Source: Lophium mytilinum
Lineage: Eukaryota
Assembly (NCBI GenBank): GCA_010093605.1
Contig: MU004181.1
Location: 3,720,001-3,784,000 of the forward strand
Length of the DNA stretch: 64,000 nucleotides
Direction of reading: 5' to 3'
Part shown: positions 1-12,035 of the stretch, piece by piece
Layout of the letters: the number at the start of each line of letters is the position of its first letter
How positions within the stretch are numbered: the first letter of the stretch is position 1
The notes under the pieces: model-generated
The model's database searches: none
What the model saw: the letters and a program-made list of their open reading frames with translations, nothing else
Told to the model about the DNA's origin: nothing
Program-made: the position numbers and the translations under genes

Positions 1-8
1 TCAAATCT

Positions 9-938
9 TTGACGATCGCAGGGTCTGGAAAGTGGATGGTCCACTTGATGAAACACTACCTGTTCAAACACTACTCATCTCAAGATGCTGAGGTTCGCCG
101 AATTGAGGATCGAATTGATGCATGGATGTCAGATGCGAATTTCGCGGTAGAGCTTGGCCCGATGTATTGCATGGCGTCAGTGCCAATCAACACAGAGCAC
201 GACATTGAATGCCACCTCAAGATAGAGGACTTCATGGCTTACCGTACCATCACCGAGTCAGTGACTCTAAGTCAGGTCATTCGACTTGGAGGTGCAGATG
301 CGACAGTCTCAATACCATCCTATCTTCTTCCCCACCATGAGCATATCCTCCCGAAGAAGCCAACTCAGGAAGATGAAATGGAGCAAGAGCAGGCCGTTGC
401 CGACGCCGAAGGAACTCCAAATACTGTCCTAGCAGAACGAGCACTGGAGCAGCTGGTTAAGGACGAAAGCAACATTACTATTTCTGCTCATGCGCACTTG
501 CCGGCCTGTTTTGATCAAGAACTACTCAACTTCACGGCTGCGCTCGTCAAAGCTACCAAGGTCATCGAAATGGAACGAGATTTCGAAGAACACGATTCTC
601 TTCGCGAGATTAGACGCTCAGAGAGTAACGCTTCCAATAGCAGTTTGGGCATTGCGAGTGGCAACGAGGACAGTCAAAAGGCAGGCTTCAAAGACTTCAT
701 GCGCAAAATGGACCGTGGGATGAAGGAGATCCCCGGAAATTTCCAGCATGGTATGCGCAAGGCTGGCCACAACACAGTGAATGCCATGGCGAACGATCGG
801 TGGATTGCGAAATTGGTCGGGAAGGTTATGAGGAAACTGGAGAATGCGCAAGGGGATGTGGGATACTCGGGTAACATCCCAATAGCATTGGACTTCTACC
901 GCAAGAAGGCAGAGCCCGAGTCCAAGTTATTGCCATAG
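9..938 (+). CDS. C-terminal part of a hypothetical protein, truncated at the window edge
   Basis: 309-aa open frame from the window start to TAG at 938 with natural protein composition; no family recognised. Confidence 0.7.
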   Translation: MTIAGSGKWMVHLMKHYLFKHYSSQDAEVRRIEDRIDAWMSDANFAVELGPMYCMASVPINTEHDIECHLKIEDFMAYRTITESVTLSQVIRLGGADATVSIPSYLLPHHEHILPKKPTQEDEMEQEQAVADAEGTPNTVLAERALEQLVKDESNITISAHAHLPACFDQELLNFTAALVKATKVIEMERDFEEHDSLREIRRSESNASNSSLGIASGNEDSQKAGFKDFMRKMDRGMKEIPGNFQHGMRKAGHNTVNAMANDRWIAKLVGKVMRKLENAQGDVGYSGNIPIALDFYRKKAEPESKLLP

Positions 939-1306
939 CTGCTCAGGTCCCTTGGTAGATGCGTCATGATGAGCACGAAGGAGCGTAAGTCTGGTTCCTA
1001 TTATACCCTTCCCTAGTTTCGACTTCTGTTAGTCGTGCGTCAGCATAGATTATCACTGGCCTTTTCTCGAAATAGCGAAACCTAATGCACATCTTCTCAT
1101 CAAGTCTTCCTGGCACCTTCACGTGATCTCGGAGATCGTCATGCTGTGGTGCGGACTTCGCCCTCAATTCCGGTCTTTCCTCCGTACCATCTTATACATA
1201 TAAACTGCGGTCGATATCAAGAACATATTTTATCCTGCAACTCAGAGACCTACACAAAGTCAACTTCCTTCCATCCTAAGTCTCGTTATCCGATTCCAAT
1301 AGCGTC

Positions 1307-2338
1307 ATGGCCTCCCTATCCACCCTAGCCGTCGTCAGCCAAAGCGGCGAATCCATTAGCTTCTTCAACAACATCACTGGAGAATTCACCGACCGTACAG
1401 AAAATCTGGCCGCAGAGCCGCACGATCTCGCATATGACAGTCCCCGAAACCTGCTTTACGTCAGCCACACCTACAGCCACGGCCACTACTTCGCCCACGG
1501 CTCCATCTGCAACACCATCAGCGTTATAGACGCCACCACAAGAAAATTTACCGACGCCATTGAACTCACCCCATTCGGCGGCCCTCACGGCCTCAGCATC
1601 TCGCCAGACAACACCATCCTCTACGCAACCGTGGAAACCGGCTTCCCAAATGGCGGCGGCCTCATCGGGATCAATCTCGCTTCCCGCACGATCGTAAAGA
1701 GCATCCCCAGCGACAGCCGCGCACACTGGTTCGCACTGACGCCGGACGGGAAGAAGGCCTACACGAGTAACATGAACAGCCCGTTCATCTCGGTCTTGGA
1801 CCTCGAAAGCGAGCAGCTGGTCAAGAAGATACCGGTCACGGGAAGCAGCCAGGGTGCTGTGAGCGTTGATGGCCGCTTCGCGTATTTCCCCACGCCGTCG
1901 GCACAAATGAAGCTTGAGATTCAGCCCACTATCGAGGTGGTCGACACGAGCACGGACGAGATTGTGAAGACGATACCGTTTGATGAGGGTATTGGAGCGT
2001 TACATGTCACGGCGCTGGGGAAGATTTTAGTGGTGGTGTATAGACTTGAGGAAGGTGCGTCGACTGCGGCATTGAAGCCGAAGCCGGGGGGGTTGATTGT
2101 GCTGGATCCGACGTCGTTTGAGAGTATTGGGGAAGTGGAGGTGGGCAAGTTTCCATTGTCGCTAAGGTCTTCGCCGGATGGGTTGACGGGGTATGTTGCG
2201 AACGTGTTTGGGGGTACTGTTACAGTTGTTGATTTGGAGTCGATGTCTGTGAGGAGGACGATTGATGTTGATACGAAGCCTAGGGCGGATAAGGCCTTCC
2301 ATCAAGGAGCACACGGGATGGCCCTTATTCGAGGTTGA
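1307..2338 (+). CDS. YVTN/YncE-type beta-propeller repeat protein, intronless
   Basis: Repeated blades (PHDLAYDS..LLYVS, PHGLSISPD..LYAT, LTPDGKKAYTSN, SPDGLTGYVAN..GTVTVVDL); no signal peptide evident. Confidence 0.85.
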   Translation: MASLSTLAVVSQSGESISFFNNITGEFTDRTENLAAEPHDLAYDSPRNLLYVSHTYSHGHYFAHGSICNTISVIDATTRKFTDAIELTPFGGPHGLSISPDNTILYATVETGFPNGGGLIGINLASRTIVKSIPSDSRAHWFALTPDGKKAYTSNMNSPFISVLDLESEQLVKKIPVTGSSQGAVSVDGRFAYFPTPSAQMKLEIQPTIEVVDTSTDEIVKTIPFDEGIGALHVTALGKILVVVYRLEEGASTAALKPKPGGLIVLDPTSFESIGEVEVGKFPLSLRSSPDGLTGYVANVFGGTVTVVDLESMSVRRTIDVDTKPRADKAFHQGAHGMALIRG

Positions 2339-2689
2339 AATTGGGAGCAGTTTCTTGCTATGAGAGCGTTGTGGAACATACTGTAAAGTGGGCAAATAGG
2401 TGCGAATTCCCAAAAGGAATTTCCGAAAAAATCATGTTTGAGAATTTCAGATCAAAAGAAAACGCACAAGGGGCTCGTACCTCACCATGCAGCAGCCACC
2501 TCTTTAATCGCTTACGAGGAGCGAGCATGACGGCTTCCAAAACCGGGTCTAGAAAGAGCGCAAGTTTTATTATACAATTTCATTCATCATAGCGAGTATG
2601 TCTCGCGGGTATCTAGTGTATACAAAAGCCGCCCAGGGCGTCGAGCCAACATAACAGCAAATACTTCCACAAATTCACACGCAACACGC

Positions 2690-4108
2690 TCACTTATCCA
2701 GCACCTTCAGCGGATCAAACGGCGTCGTAGCTCTGCGCGCTGACACGCCATACGTAGCGTCATTATCGCGATCGGCACCCGGCTCCAAGAAATCCGGCAC
2801 CGCCCAATCATTCTGATAGTCTTTCCTATCATCGCTATCCCGGCCCTTGAGCGACTGCTGGCTGTCGCTTCGCGAGAAGCCCAGGTCGCGCTCTTCGGAC
2901 GAGCTGGCCATCTCGCGGGACTCGGTCACCACTTCGACTTCTTGCGTGACGAAGATTTTGCCCAGGTTGATGGATTCGAGCATGGGCCAGAAGACGGGGG
3001 TGGAGGCGCAGATTATGGCGACTTGGATTTCGAGGCTGGAGAAGATGAAGATTGGGGGGGAGTAGTAGGTTAGATCGAGGACCGGGGAGGTCCCGGCGCG
3101 GTGTTGAGCGATGCTGAAGAGGCGGACGGCGCTGAAGATGGCGACGCTGCGAGAGAGTTGGGAGTTAGTATATGGGTGAACCTAGCAAAGGGTCTGGGAT
3201 AAAGAGAAGGTTTACTAACATTCCACCAATCACCAGCAATGAGATTATACCCTTCTTCCTCTTCCCCTCAAGTCGGATAGTCGACAGGAAAGGGACTGGT
3301 AAAAGCAGTATAAGGATGTCGAGCAACATATTAGAAGCTGCATGGCCCGCAAAAGCCGCAAATAACTCCTTTGGCTCCTTCGAGCCGAACATTACGCAGC
3401 GAGCGCCCTTGATATCAAGATCCCAGTTCGCTTTGATTGGTGTACAGCCACAGAGCTGAGTGAAGAAGAAGGCAATGCCCCAACACGAAACAACGCCCAG
3501 CATGATAAAGCAAGACCTGCGAGCCCATTTGTTGCTGGACTCTTCGAAGAGACGGAGGTATTGGAGGAGGATGGAGAGTTTGATCAACGTAGCGGAGACG
3601 ATGTAGCAGGAGTTGGCGCCGAATACGTACTGAACGCCGTTAGCTACGTCTTGTTTTTTCTATCAGACCAACTACAGAAGGTGCTTACATAGAAGTAGTC
3701 AGACAGTTGCTTTTCAGAGAGCGTGTTCATATGTTGACCTAAGCCTGCGCCCGGTTCTGTAGTCTAGGTCAGTGGATCCGCTGATGCCAGAGACGAACAT
3801 TATGCTCTTACGAAGGCATATAATTGCTGAACCAACTGTGGCTGTGATCTGAAAGAGAAGTCAGCAAAAGCTTGAATCATCAATTCACAAGTAACTCACC
3901 ACTGCCGCAGTCACGAAGAAGTCGTCCCATCCTAGAGTCTTAGGGAGTTTATAGCGGGTGTATAACCTTAGAGCTACAGCTAACCAGGCAGTAATCTGTA
4001 GGAATCATGTAAATTAAGACTACCTGTGCTAGGCTGACAATATCATACCTGAAATGAGATTGAGCATCCATAGATAGTTGCAGGTCGGTTCATGATAGGA
4101 AGAGTCAT
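2690..4108 (-). CDS. PTH11-like (fungal rhodopsin-domain) integral membrane protein, multi-exon
   Basis: Exons give LRLYTR..LGWDDFF, IKLSILLQYLRLF, CTPIKANWD, DILILLLPVP and IMASTPVFWP-type motifs; GT-AG introns; ATG at 4108. Confidence 0.85.
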
Positions 4109-5348
4109 GATGAAGGGTATAATGAAAAGTGGGCGACCAGACGAGAGCGTCACGGATAGCAAACGCTGAGACAATACCAATATTAAGCACCTGCAATGAA
4201 CGAAGCGGAAACTGGCCTAGCTAAGGAGCCAGATGGGTGAAGGATGAAGGAGCGTACGAGCTCAGGTGGATAGATTGCAGAGCAAGTTAGCTAGCCTTGT
4301 GTGTTTCACAGTCAGTAACACAGGGCTCTATGTATAGTCTGTGTTTGCTAGTATTCCCCGGACTCTACAAGCATGCAATCGAGGTCCGATGTCCGTCCCT
4401 AGCACGGCGATCCTCGTGCATAGCAGGTGAGTAGGTAAGCGATGAGGGCCTTGCCGTCGCAGCAAGCGATGAAGCTATGCATCACGGCCTCTAGTCGCCC
4501 TGACCATGCTCGAACCACACAGAATCTACAGGCGTTGAAGCAGTTGGGCAGGGCACGGGCAGAAGATCGGTCTCCGACTGCCTCAGATGAGATTGGCTAG
4601 GCGAGTTAGGATTGGCGTGACGTCAAACCGTTCACGGACTTCGCGCCCCCAACACCTCACCACCATCCTCCCATGGCACATCGGAGTCCGCTTCAGCGAC
4701 CTGCACCCTGTGGAACGCGAATACGCCAATGGGGACCTTGAAAAACGTCCATGGCTCTTTTTACACCCATGCTTCGAGCGTCTGTTTGGCTCATTCATCG
4801 GTCCGACGCACCGTGGCACGTTTCCTCCAGGGGCTCTCCTTTGTACGCCTTTGTCTATGTAAGTAGTCATGAAGCGTGTGATAATGTCACCTTGCATTCA
4901 ATTGCACGTTCTCACTGCATAATCACGTTTCTTGGTCATTTTCCGACGAATAACCTTTCTTCCTCTTTCAAGAAAGACGTCACGTGATACTCGGACTTGA
5001 ACACTGCAGTCGAACTACGGAAAATGCACCCTTCTATTGTCCCAAGACGTTGGTCCATTTCGTTCTTTACCGAATCTTAGTGCTAGATCACCATTCAACA
5101 AATTGGGACGAGATGTGAATTTTGATTACCCGCAAGCTTGGCACGCTTGGTGGCTGTTGAAGGATCAATGGATTTACATTGACAATCTAACCTCGCAGGC
5201 TGGGTGGGCATTGACTTATGCCGGAAGCCATATGAGGCAGGAGCTGAAAAGCATAGGACGACTGCGACAAACACTTCGAAAATATGACGACTGTTTGGCA
5301 TGCCTTAAGTGGCGGCAAACAGTGTATTGGTACACACATCTCGTGTTA

Positions 5349-6797
5349 CTACTTCGCCTCCTTTGCCTGTTCAGCCTCTTCTTTAGCGTATGGTGGAATC
5401 TCTTCGCCAGCAGCCCATCGAAATTTATGGCCATAATGGTCATCCAACAGCCATGGAGACCCCAAATACGCCTCTCGGGCAGTCGCTCCTTCTTTCTCGA
5501 CCCCCTTACGGAACAGACCTCGTTCCTGAAGCTCCGGTATGACGAACTCGATGATATCCTCAAAAGATCCAGGATTCACGATATGAGCCAAGTTAAACCC
5601 ATCGATGCCAGCGATCTCAACCCATCTTTCCAATTCGTCCACGATCGTTTTCCCGCTCCCCACAATCTTTGCTTGCATCCCACCCAAGATCAGGAACTCT
5701 GCGATGCGGGCTTTGTTCCACGGTAGGTTATCGCTGCCCGGCACTGTACTAGCCCATCGAGCTACCATAGATTGGGCCCCCTTCGGTAGTTCGACAAACC
5801 GGAAATCCTCATCTTCCGAGTAGCTGGACAAGTCGATTCCAGTCCAGCCCCCAAAAAGTGCCAGTGCACCCTCCTTATCTCCATACGAGAGTAGCTCGTC
5901 ATGCTTTTCCTTCGCAGCCTCGTCCGTCTCTGCCGCAATCAAAGTAATACCCGCAACGATCTTGATATGGCTTGGATCCCTCCCATACTTCTCCTTCGCC
6001 AGCTTCCGAATCGCATCCACGTTTGGCCGAAGCTGCTCAGGATGCTGCGCACCAACGAAAATCGCCTCCGCATGCTTAGCACCAAATTCCTTTCCTGCAG
6101 CTGACGTGCCAGCTTGGAACAGAAACGGCGTGCGTTGAAGTGAAGGCTCGCACAGATGAGGTCCAGGCACCTTAAAGTGTTTCCCCTTGTGGTGGATTTG
6201 GCGCACGCGTTCCGGGACTGCATACTGGCCTGTCTTCTCGTCCTCTACTACCGCGTCGTCTCGCCAACTCCCTTCCCAGAGCTTGTACACGACGTCCATG
6301 TACTCGTCTGCAATGCGGTACCTCTCGTCATGCTCGATCTGCGTATCGAGACCGAAATTCCGAGCAGCGCTGTCGAGGTACGACGTGACTATATTCCAAG
6401 CCACACGTCCTTCCGCTAGATGATCCACCGTCGAGAATCGGCGTGCGAGCGCATAGGGAGCGTCATACGTCGTGCTGGCCGTGACTCCAAAAGTCAGATT
6501 CTTCGTCGCTGCCGCCATGGCTGGAACGGCATAGAGCGGGTCATTGATGGGGAATTGGGCTCCGGATGGAAGCGCTGGTCCTGCATTCGCCGGGCCTTTG
6601 TAGACGTCGTACGGGCCCAAGACATCGGCGATGAAGAGGGCGTGGAAGTTCGCTTTGTCGAGCAGCTGGGCGAGGTCGGTCCAGAACTTGAGCGTCTTGT
6701 ATTTCGTCGTTTTGTTTCGGGGATGCCGCCACAGGCCCGGGGAAAGGTGAGCTGGTGAGGTGATGGCGAAGGCGTTAAGGATGAGTTCTTTGCCCAT
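5349..6797 (-). CDS. FMN-dependent luciferase-like monooxygenase, NtaA/SnaA/DszA family, intronless
   Basis: 482 aa with HLSPGLWRHP, FIADVLG, LARRFSTVDHL..GRVAWNIVTS, HDERY..ADEY and QRTPFLFQAGTS..G..F..KHAEAIF motifs. Confidence 0.95.
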   Translation of the reverse strand: MGKELILNAFAITSPAHLSPGLWRHPRNKTTKYKTLKFWTDLAQLLDKANFHALFIADVLGPYDVYKGPANAGPALPSGAQFPINDPLYAVPAMAAATKNLTFGVTASTTYDAPYALARRFSTVDHLAEGRVAWNIVTSYLDSAARNFGLDTQIEHDERYRIADEYMDVVYKLWEGSWRDDAVVEDEKTGQYAVPERVRQIHHKGKHFKVPGPHLCEPSLQRTPFLFQAGTSAAGKEFGAKHAEAIFVGAQHPEQLRPNVDAIRKLAKEKYGRDPSHIKIVAGITLIAAETDEAAKEKHDELLSYGDKEGALALFGGWTGIDLSSYSEDEDFRFVELPKGAQSMVARWASTVPGSDNLPWNKARIAEFLILGGMQAKIVGSGKTIVDELERWVEIAGIDGFNLAHIVNPGSFEDIIEFVIPELQERGLFRKGVEKEGATAREAYLGSPWLLDDHYGHKFRWAAGEEIPPYAKEEAEQAKEAK

Positions 6798-9108
6798 TTT
6801 GAATGGTTTTGAAAGCTAATCCCTTGATCGCTGTGGAGTAGCTAAATCAGCGATTGCGGAAGTATCGAACTGCTTGCGGTCTAGGCTTTGATTCAACAAC
6901 TGCGGTCTTTGCGTTATACTCAAAGCTTGACAGGTAAACGTCACGAAAATGCATCGCGGATGTCTCTACGATAAGATGCGATGACCATGCAAGCACGTTA
7001 TGACCGTCCGCTAATCAGATGCGGAAAGCCGTATTGCGTCAGTACAGGGATCGTATTCACGATCTCGCTTACCTTTCCGGAAGTGGATACTATCGGCAAC
7101 TTAGCGATGCCGGCAGAACACTCCGAGAACAGTGAAGGAGTACCGAGCGGCTTAAGAATACCTTTGCTGAAGCATAGTAGAGATATAAATCGGTAAGCTC
7201 TTGTGTTTTGACATTGGATCAAGCAACGTGCTGGGGTACGAATGGTAGTTGGGGAGTAGCAATGCTCTAGCGAACGCACTGTATTCAAATAAATCATCAT
7301 CTGTCGTCCTGAGCTCTTCCTTCAAAAAGTTAATTTCCTCTTTGTCTCTCATTAATGGCTCACGCATCTTGTATAGTCACCATGCCTTTCACTATCGGTC
7401 ACGATTTAGCCAAGGCAATCGCTAGAGGACTACGATCGTAAGAGGACGAGGTAGGCATCAAGCAGAATTTCAAGGCGATGCTTTTGAGGCCATCCTAACA
7501 TGCCAAGAGTTCACACAATACGTAAGGTCACGAGTGGCGGCTAAGTCATGTGACATAGAATGCTTTCTCTGATATAAAATGCCCGCCGATTCTTCTCGGA
7601 ACAGCAACAAAGGTTTAGTGGGGTTGCATCAAACCAACCTGTGCCTGGTATGATGAGAGCGAGTGACAGACTGCTTTCACATAAAATGCGAAATCGAGCA
7701 ATGGTGGTAGTCCTGCCGGAGAAGGTGGTGGCGGAGGTTTGCAACACAGCACAGCACGCAGTCCATGGTGTGGTCCGGGTGCATTTAACCCGCTTCTATG
7801 ATGACGCTCATCTCAATTCAGAACTGCCCAGCCCAAGATCTCTCACGAATCGATTATAGCTATACGTATCAAGCAGTAACACCCTTCATCATCTAAATCA
7901 AACGTTGAACAGCATCAGAAAACCCTTGGGAGCCCACCACATTCTTCGCGACGTTCCGACCGATTAAACCACCGCAAGACCCCACTTCCCCAGAGCTCCA
8001 TACGAGAGGGGTTCGTTCTTTTCTTGACCACACCCTCCATGGATTTCGATCTCTGTGATTTTTGCTCCTCCAAAGCCCCGTCCAACTCCATGAAGACTCT
8101 ACTCCTCACGACGGGAAAGATGTTTTATACCCCCTCCGCCAAGACCCGTTCCCGTCACGTGGAGGCGGTGAAGTCATGGGTTCAATGGGATGAGAAGCAC
8201 CTGTGACCATGCTGGTGAACACGGGTGAACTCACCGGAGTACTCGGAGCCGTGCTTAGTCATGACTAGGAATGGCTGGGTATATAATCTCTCGTCGAGCT
8301 AAGGTGTGAGGGCCAGAGGTGTGGTTCCAATTCATCCATCTTCGAAAGCCCACCAGCAAAATTGCCATGGTGGTGTGGTTGAAACCTCTCCCTGTACAAA
8401 TGCGATGGATCTGGAGTCAAATCGGCCGAGAGACATGTCGATGGAGGACTGGAGAGGAATCGGGGATCGAAATCGCTCTGAAAGAAGGCGCATGGAGGTT
8501 TGCGAGTGGCGCGGTGCTCCGTGCTGTGAAGGAGAAGCATGATAATGGTGGTCGTTGGCGGGAGGCGTTGGTGTGCATCTATGTCATGAGAGAGACTTTG
8601 CCTTCTCAAGTGTATTGGGACGATCTCCGTTACCACTTTCGGAAGAGTCTCATCATCGTTGAATATTTCGATGGCCCGGCTCCCCCAAACTCCATAATCC
8701 CAGTGCCGCACATTGTTGAAATCTCCAGTCCATCGCCGAAAGCCCAGGCGGCTGTTGAACCACCAGACCCCCATACGAGAGTAGGCCATTGGTTGTAGAA
8801 ACGGTGGCCATCTCCTCCCATGAAGAAATCAATGGTCTGGTAAACTAGACATTTTATAGGAGAGATTCACGAGTGATTATGTTATCAGGTGGAATGCACA
8901 TGACTATTACTTCTGGGACGACGTAGTCAGGAGCCCGGCGAATGGCTGAAGAAGAAGATCGATGCTTATAGCGAAATAGACCGGAGGCGGTAAAGACGAA
9001 ACAAAGGTCTATTAGCGATCTAGAACGCAAGACTCGACCGGGTATAAGAAGAAACACAATACACTCCCTTCCAAACAACTCCCCCCTACTCACACAAACA
9101 ACCTCCCC

Positions 9109-10104
9109 TCAACCCGCCACACACCCCCCCAACCCCTCCCCCCTCCCAACCCAATCCCACGCCTCCCAAACGCCCCCCAAATGCACCACCGCCCCAACCA
9201 CCACCAAGCAATGAAAAATCTGATGACTCCCCCCCAAAACATCGACCCACCTCCCCTTCCCCCCACCCCACCGCTCCCAAACCCACCTCTCCGGCCACCT
9301 CCCCGCGAAAAACCCCGCCCCAATCCCATACGCCACCCCCTCGCCCAACCACCACCGCATCCCGCTCTTCCCCCACATATCCGCCCAGCCATACAACCAC
9401 AACCCATGCGCAATCGGCGCAAACCCGCTCAGCGCCGTCGCCACAAACGCCGTCGTGCGGACGGAGCGGCAGCGGGGGCCTTGGAGGCGCGGGTGCAGCA
9501 CTAACACCGCCGTGAGGGAGGTTAGGATGGAGATCATGCTCCAGTAGAGGAGCTTGAGCGCGGGCTCGCAGTAGAAGCCGACGTGGATGCCCGAGATGAA
9601 GGAGGCGAGGATGAGGAGGAGGATGCCGGCGTAGTCGGCGAGGAGGGCGGCGGCGTTGATGGAGTGGGAGTGCGACATGCAGGTGTGGTACGTCGCGGAC
9701 AGGGAGAAGGTGGTGAGGGCGGCGAGGAGGTTGAGGGTGAAGATGGCGCGGTCGAGGGGTGTGGAGGTGGGGAGGTGGGCGCGGAGGAGGGATTGCGGGT
9801 AGGGGGTGAAGGAGAGGAGGAGGAGGATGGCGGGAAGGAGGTGGGTGTAGATGTTTAGGGTCTCGTTGTGGAAGTAGGAGAGGGAGTGCAGGCAGTGCGC
9901 GAAGGAGTTGGAGACGGGGCGGTAGGCGGTGCGGATGTATGGGTTGTCCTGGTACCAGGGTGGGAGGTCGTTGAAAGAGAGAAGCCGGACGGGGATGTCT
10001 GGGTCCAGAGGGTGTGCTTGAAGCTTTGGAGGCTCGTCTGAGGTCCTGGAGGCTAGTCGGAGGAGCGTAATTGGCCTCCGGAGGGTGACAGTAATGGAGG
10101 CCAT
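9109..10104 (-). CDS. PAQR / hemolysin-III (IZH-like) membrane receptor
   Basis: DNPYIRTAYR, HNETLNIYTH, SATYHT..SHS, DYAGI, WPERW and SHQIFH signature motifs. Confidence 0.92.
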   Translation of the reverse strand: MASITVTLRRPITLLRLASRTSDEPPKLQAHPLDPDIPVRLLSFNDLPPWYQDNPYIRTAYRPVSNSFAHCLHSLSYFHNETLNIYTHLLPAILLLLSFTPYPQSLLRAHLPTSTPLDRAIFTLNLLAALTTFSLSATYHTCMSHSHSINAAALLADYAGILLLILASFISGIHVGFYCEPALKLLYWSMISILTSLTAVLVLHPRLQGPRCRSVRTTAFVATALSGFAPIAHGLWLYGWADMWGKSGMRWWLGEGVAYGIGAGFFAGRWPERWVWERWGGGKGRWVDVLGGSHQIFHCLVVVGAVVHLGGVWEAWDWVGRGEGLGGCVAG

Positions 10105-10638
10105 GATTCAGCAGGTATAGAGAGAAAGATGGGAGTTGGCTGTAAGACTATTGAAGAAGTTCAGAAACCACCATCCCAGTCATCCAGAGAAACGCAGCAA
10201 CAACGGCGGAAAAAGGAAAAAGACATGAAAGCTCGGGACCGGTATACTTAACGCGGCAAGGGAGTGGGCGGATGTAAAATTTGTAAGTGAGGCACGCCTA
10301 AATCCGTGAGTAATTTCTGATGATAAGACTGGGCTGGTGAGTGGTCACCGGATGAGTCGGATCCTCGGCAACATGCTAAAAATGATGATCGGCGCCGTGG
10401 TCCTCCTGCGTACCCGTGGGTCTCCTATGCGTAACTCCAGTCATACTCGGTAAATAGCCAACCTTGGGTCCAGAGGACGAATTAGAAGCTATATTAATTG
10501 GGTACTTTTGATATCTGAGGCCTGTATCCATGAGAGATGTGAGTAGATATATCCTTCCACCAATCCCAAGTCATAATATCATTACCATGTCTGTCCAAAT
10601 TCTCCGACCTAAAATACCGCATGCACGTCTCAAGGGAC

Positions 10639-12035
10639 CTATGAGACGCCATAAATGCTCAAGATGTCCGTAGAATTCGAGTAGTCAACTCCACACTTCT
10701 CACCAAAACTCCCAAGAATCTCCCCGCGGGACTGCACAAACTTCTGGAATCCATCTCTCGAGCAACTCTCCCCTGGTCCATCGGTACACCCTGGAAGCGG
10801 CTGCGGACTCTGGTTCACTAGAACACGATAGTGCTCTCCCACTCCAAAGCCATAGCTATCGCACGACAATTTTTCGATCGCGATATTGGTCAAGAAGGGA
10901 ATGATATGTGATGATTTCCACGCACGGCGGTAGTTCTGAGCGTCCAGCGGCATCGTAGCATTGATGTCGTCACCGCCCGAGAATGCAGAGTTGTTGAAGA
11001 GTCCCAATGCGACCAGGACAACGGGAGGTAGTTCGCGGTGCGTGAAGGAGATGTAGATGTCCTGGGCATCAGAGCTGTCGGTGTCGTTTGCCGTCAACAC
11101 GCCTGCTGTCGCGTTCAACCACGGGAAACCAATGGCGCCGGCTACGTCGTTTCCATAGCCTGTGTTATAGTGGTATTGGATGTCGTTGGTGTATTCGAAT
11201 CCGAGCCAGTCATTTGGACTGAAAACATCCAAGGAGCAGAACGGGGACGACCCGCGGATTACGGTTTCGTAGCCGCATAGCTCCTGCATGCCAAAGATGT
11301 CGTTGGGAGTAAAATTGAATGAAGGAGCAAGAGCGTGGAAGCGCTCGATGATGGGTTTAGTGTAGAGTTTTTGGTATTGCTGGAAACGAAGATTAGCTTG
11401 ATGTTCTAGGTAAATGGGTCTTTGTATCCTACCCCAGACTGTTCACTCCCAGCCGAAGAGCTATACGCCGGACACCCCTCATATGGCGTGAGAGAGTCCG
11501 CACCCTCTTCCTCGCCTTCACTGACCGACACCAGCTCCGTCTCATTGCTGTGTGTAACTAGACCCTCAATGAAGGACTGTGCGCTCTTTTCCGTCCTTTC
11601 TGCCGTAGACGTCCACACCTTGCCCGGCGCTTTGAACGAAGGGTATCTCTGTCCAACACTCACACCCAATGTGAAGGCCTCCTGCCGGCCAACCTGGGTC
11701 AATTCCTCTATATCATCGTCCTCGATTGGGGTATTCCATGTTGATAGAAAAGCTAGTGGGCCAGCTTTCTTCCAGTCGACAGTTGTATTCTGCAGCTTTG
11801 ACACGAAGGGGTCGATGAATTCCTCGTAGTCGAAGTCGTTGGCCCAGATGGCGGCGTGCCTGACCAGATACGCGGCGCGGGTTACGTTGCATCCTTGCGG
11901 CGGTGCTGGATCGAGAGGAGGATCTGAGGGCTCGAAATAAGGTGCAATGCCCGCTAGATGCTGGAGAGGGTCGAATGTGTATGCTGCAAGAGCTGCATTA
12001 GCGACTGTGATGGGGAGAACGAGTGAGAGCAGCAT
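10639..12035 (-). CDS. Secreted histidine acid phosphatase (phytase-like), two exons
   Basis: Signal peptide, HLAGIAPYF, RHAAIWAND catalytic His, FTHRE and YRVLVN; one intron near 11381-11432. Confidence 0.9.

Noticed and set aside
8024..8798. Adjacent 60-aa and 159-aa plus-strand ORFs
   Set aside because: No recognisable domain and no convincing splice path joining them; possibly a pseudogene
9086..9858. Gly-, Pro- and Glu-rich ORFs overlapping the PAQR gene
   Set aside because: Alternative-frame artefacts of the G/C skew
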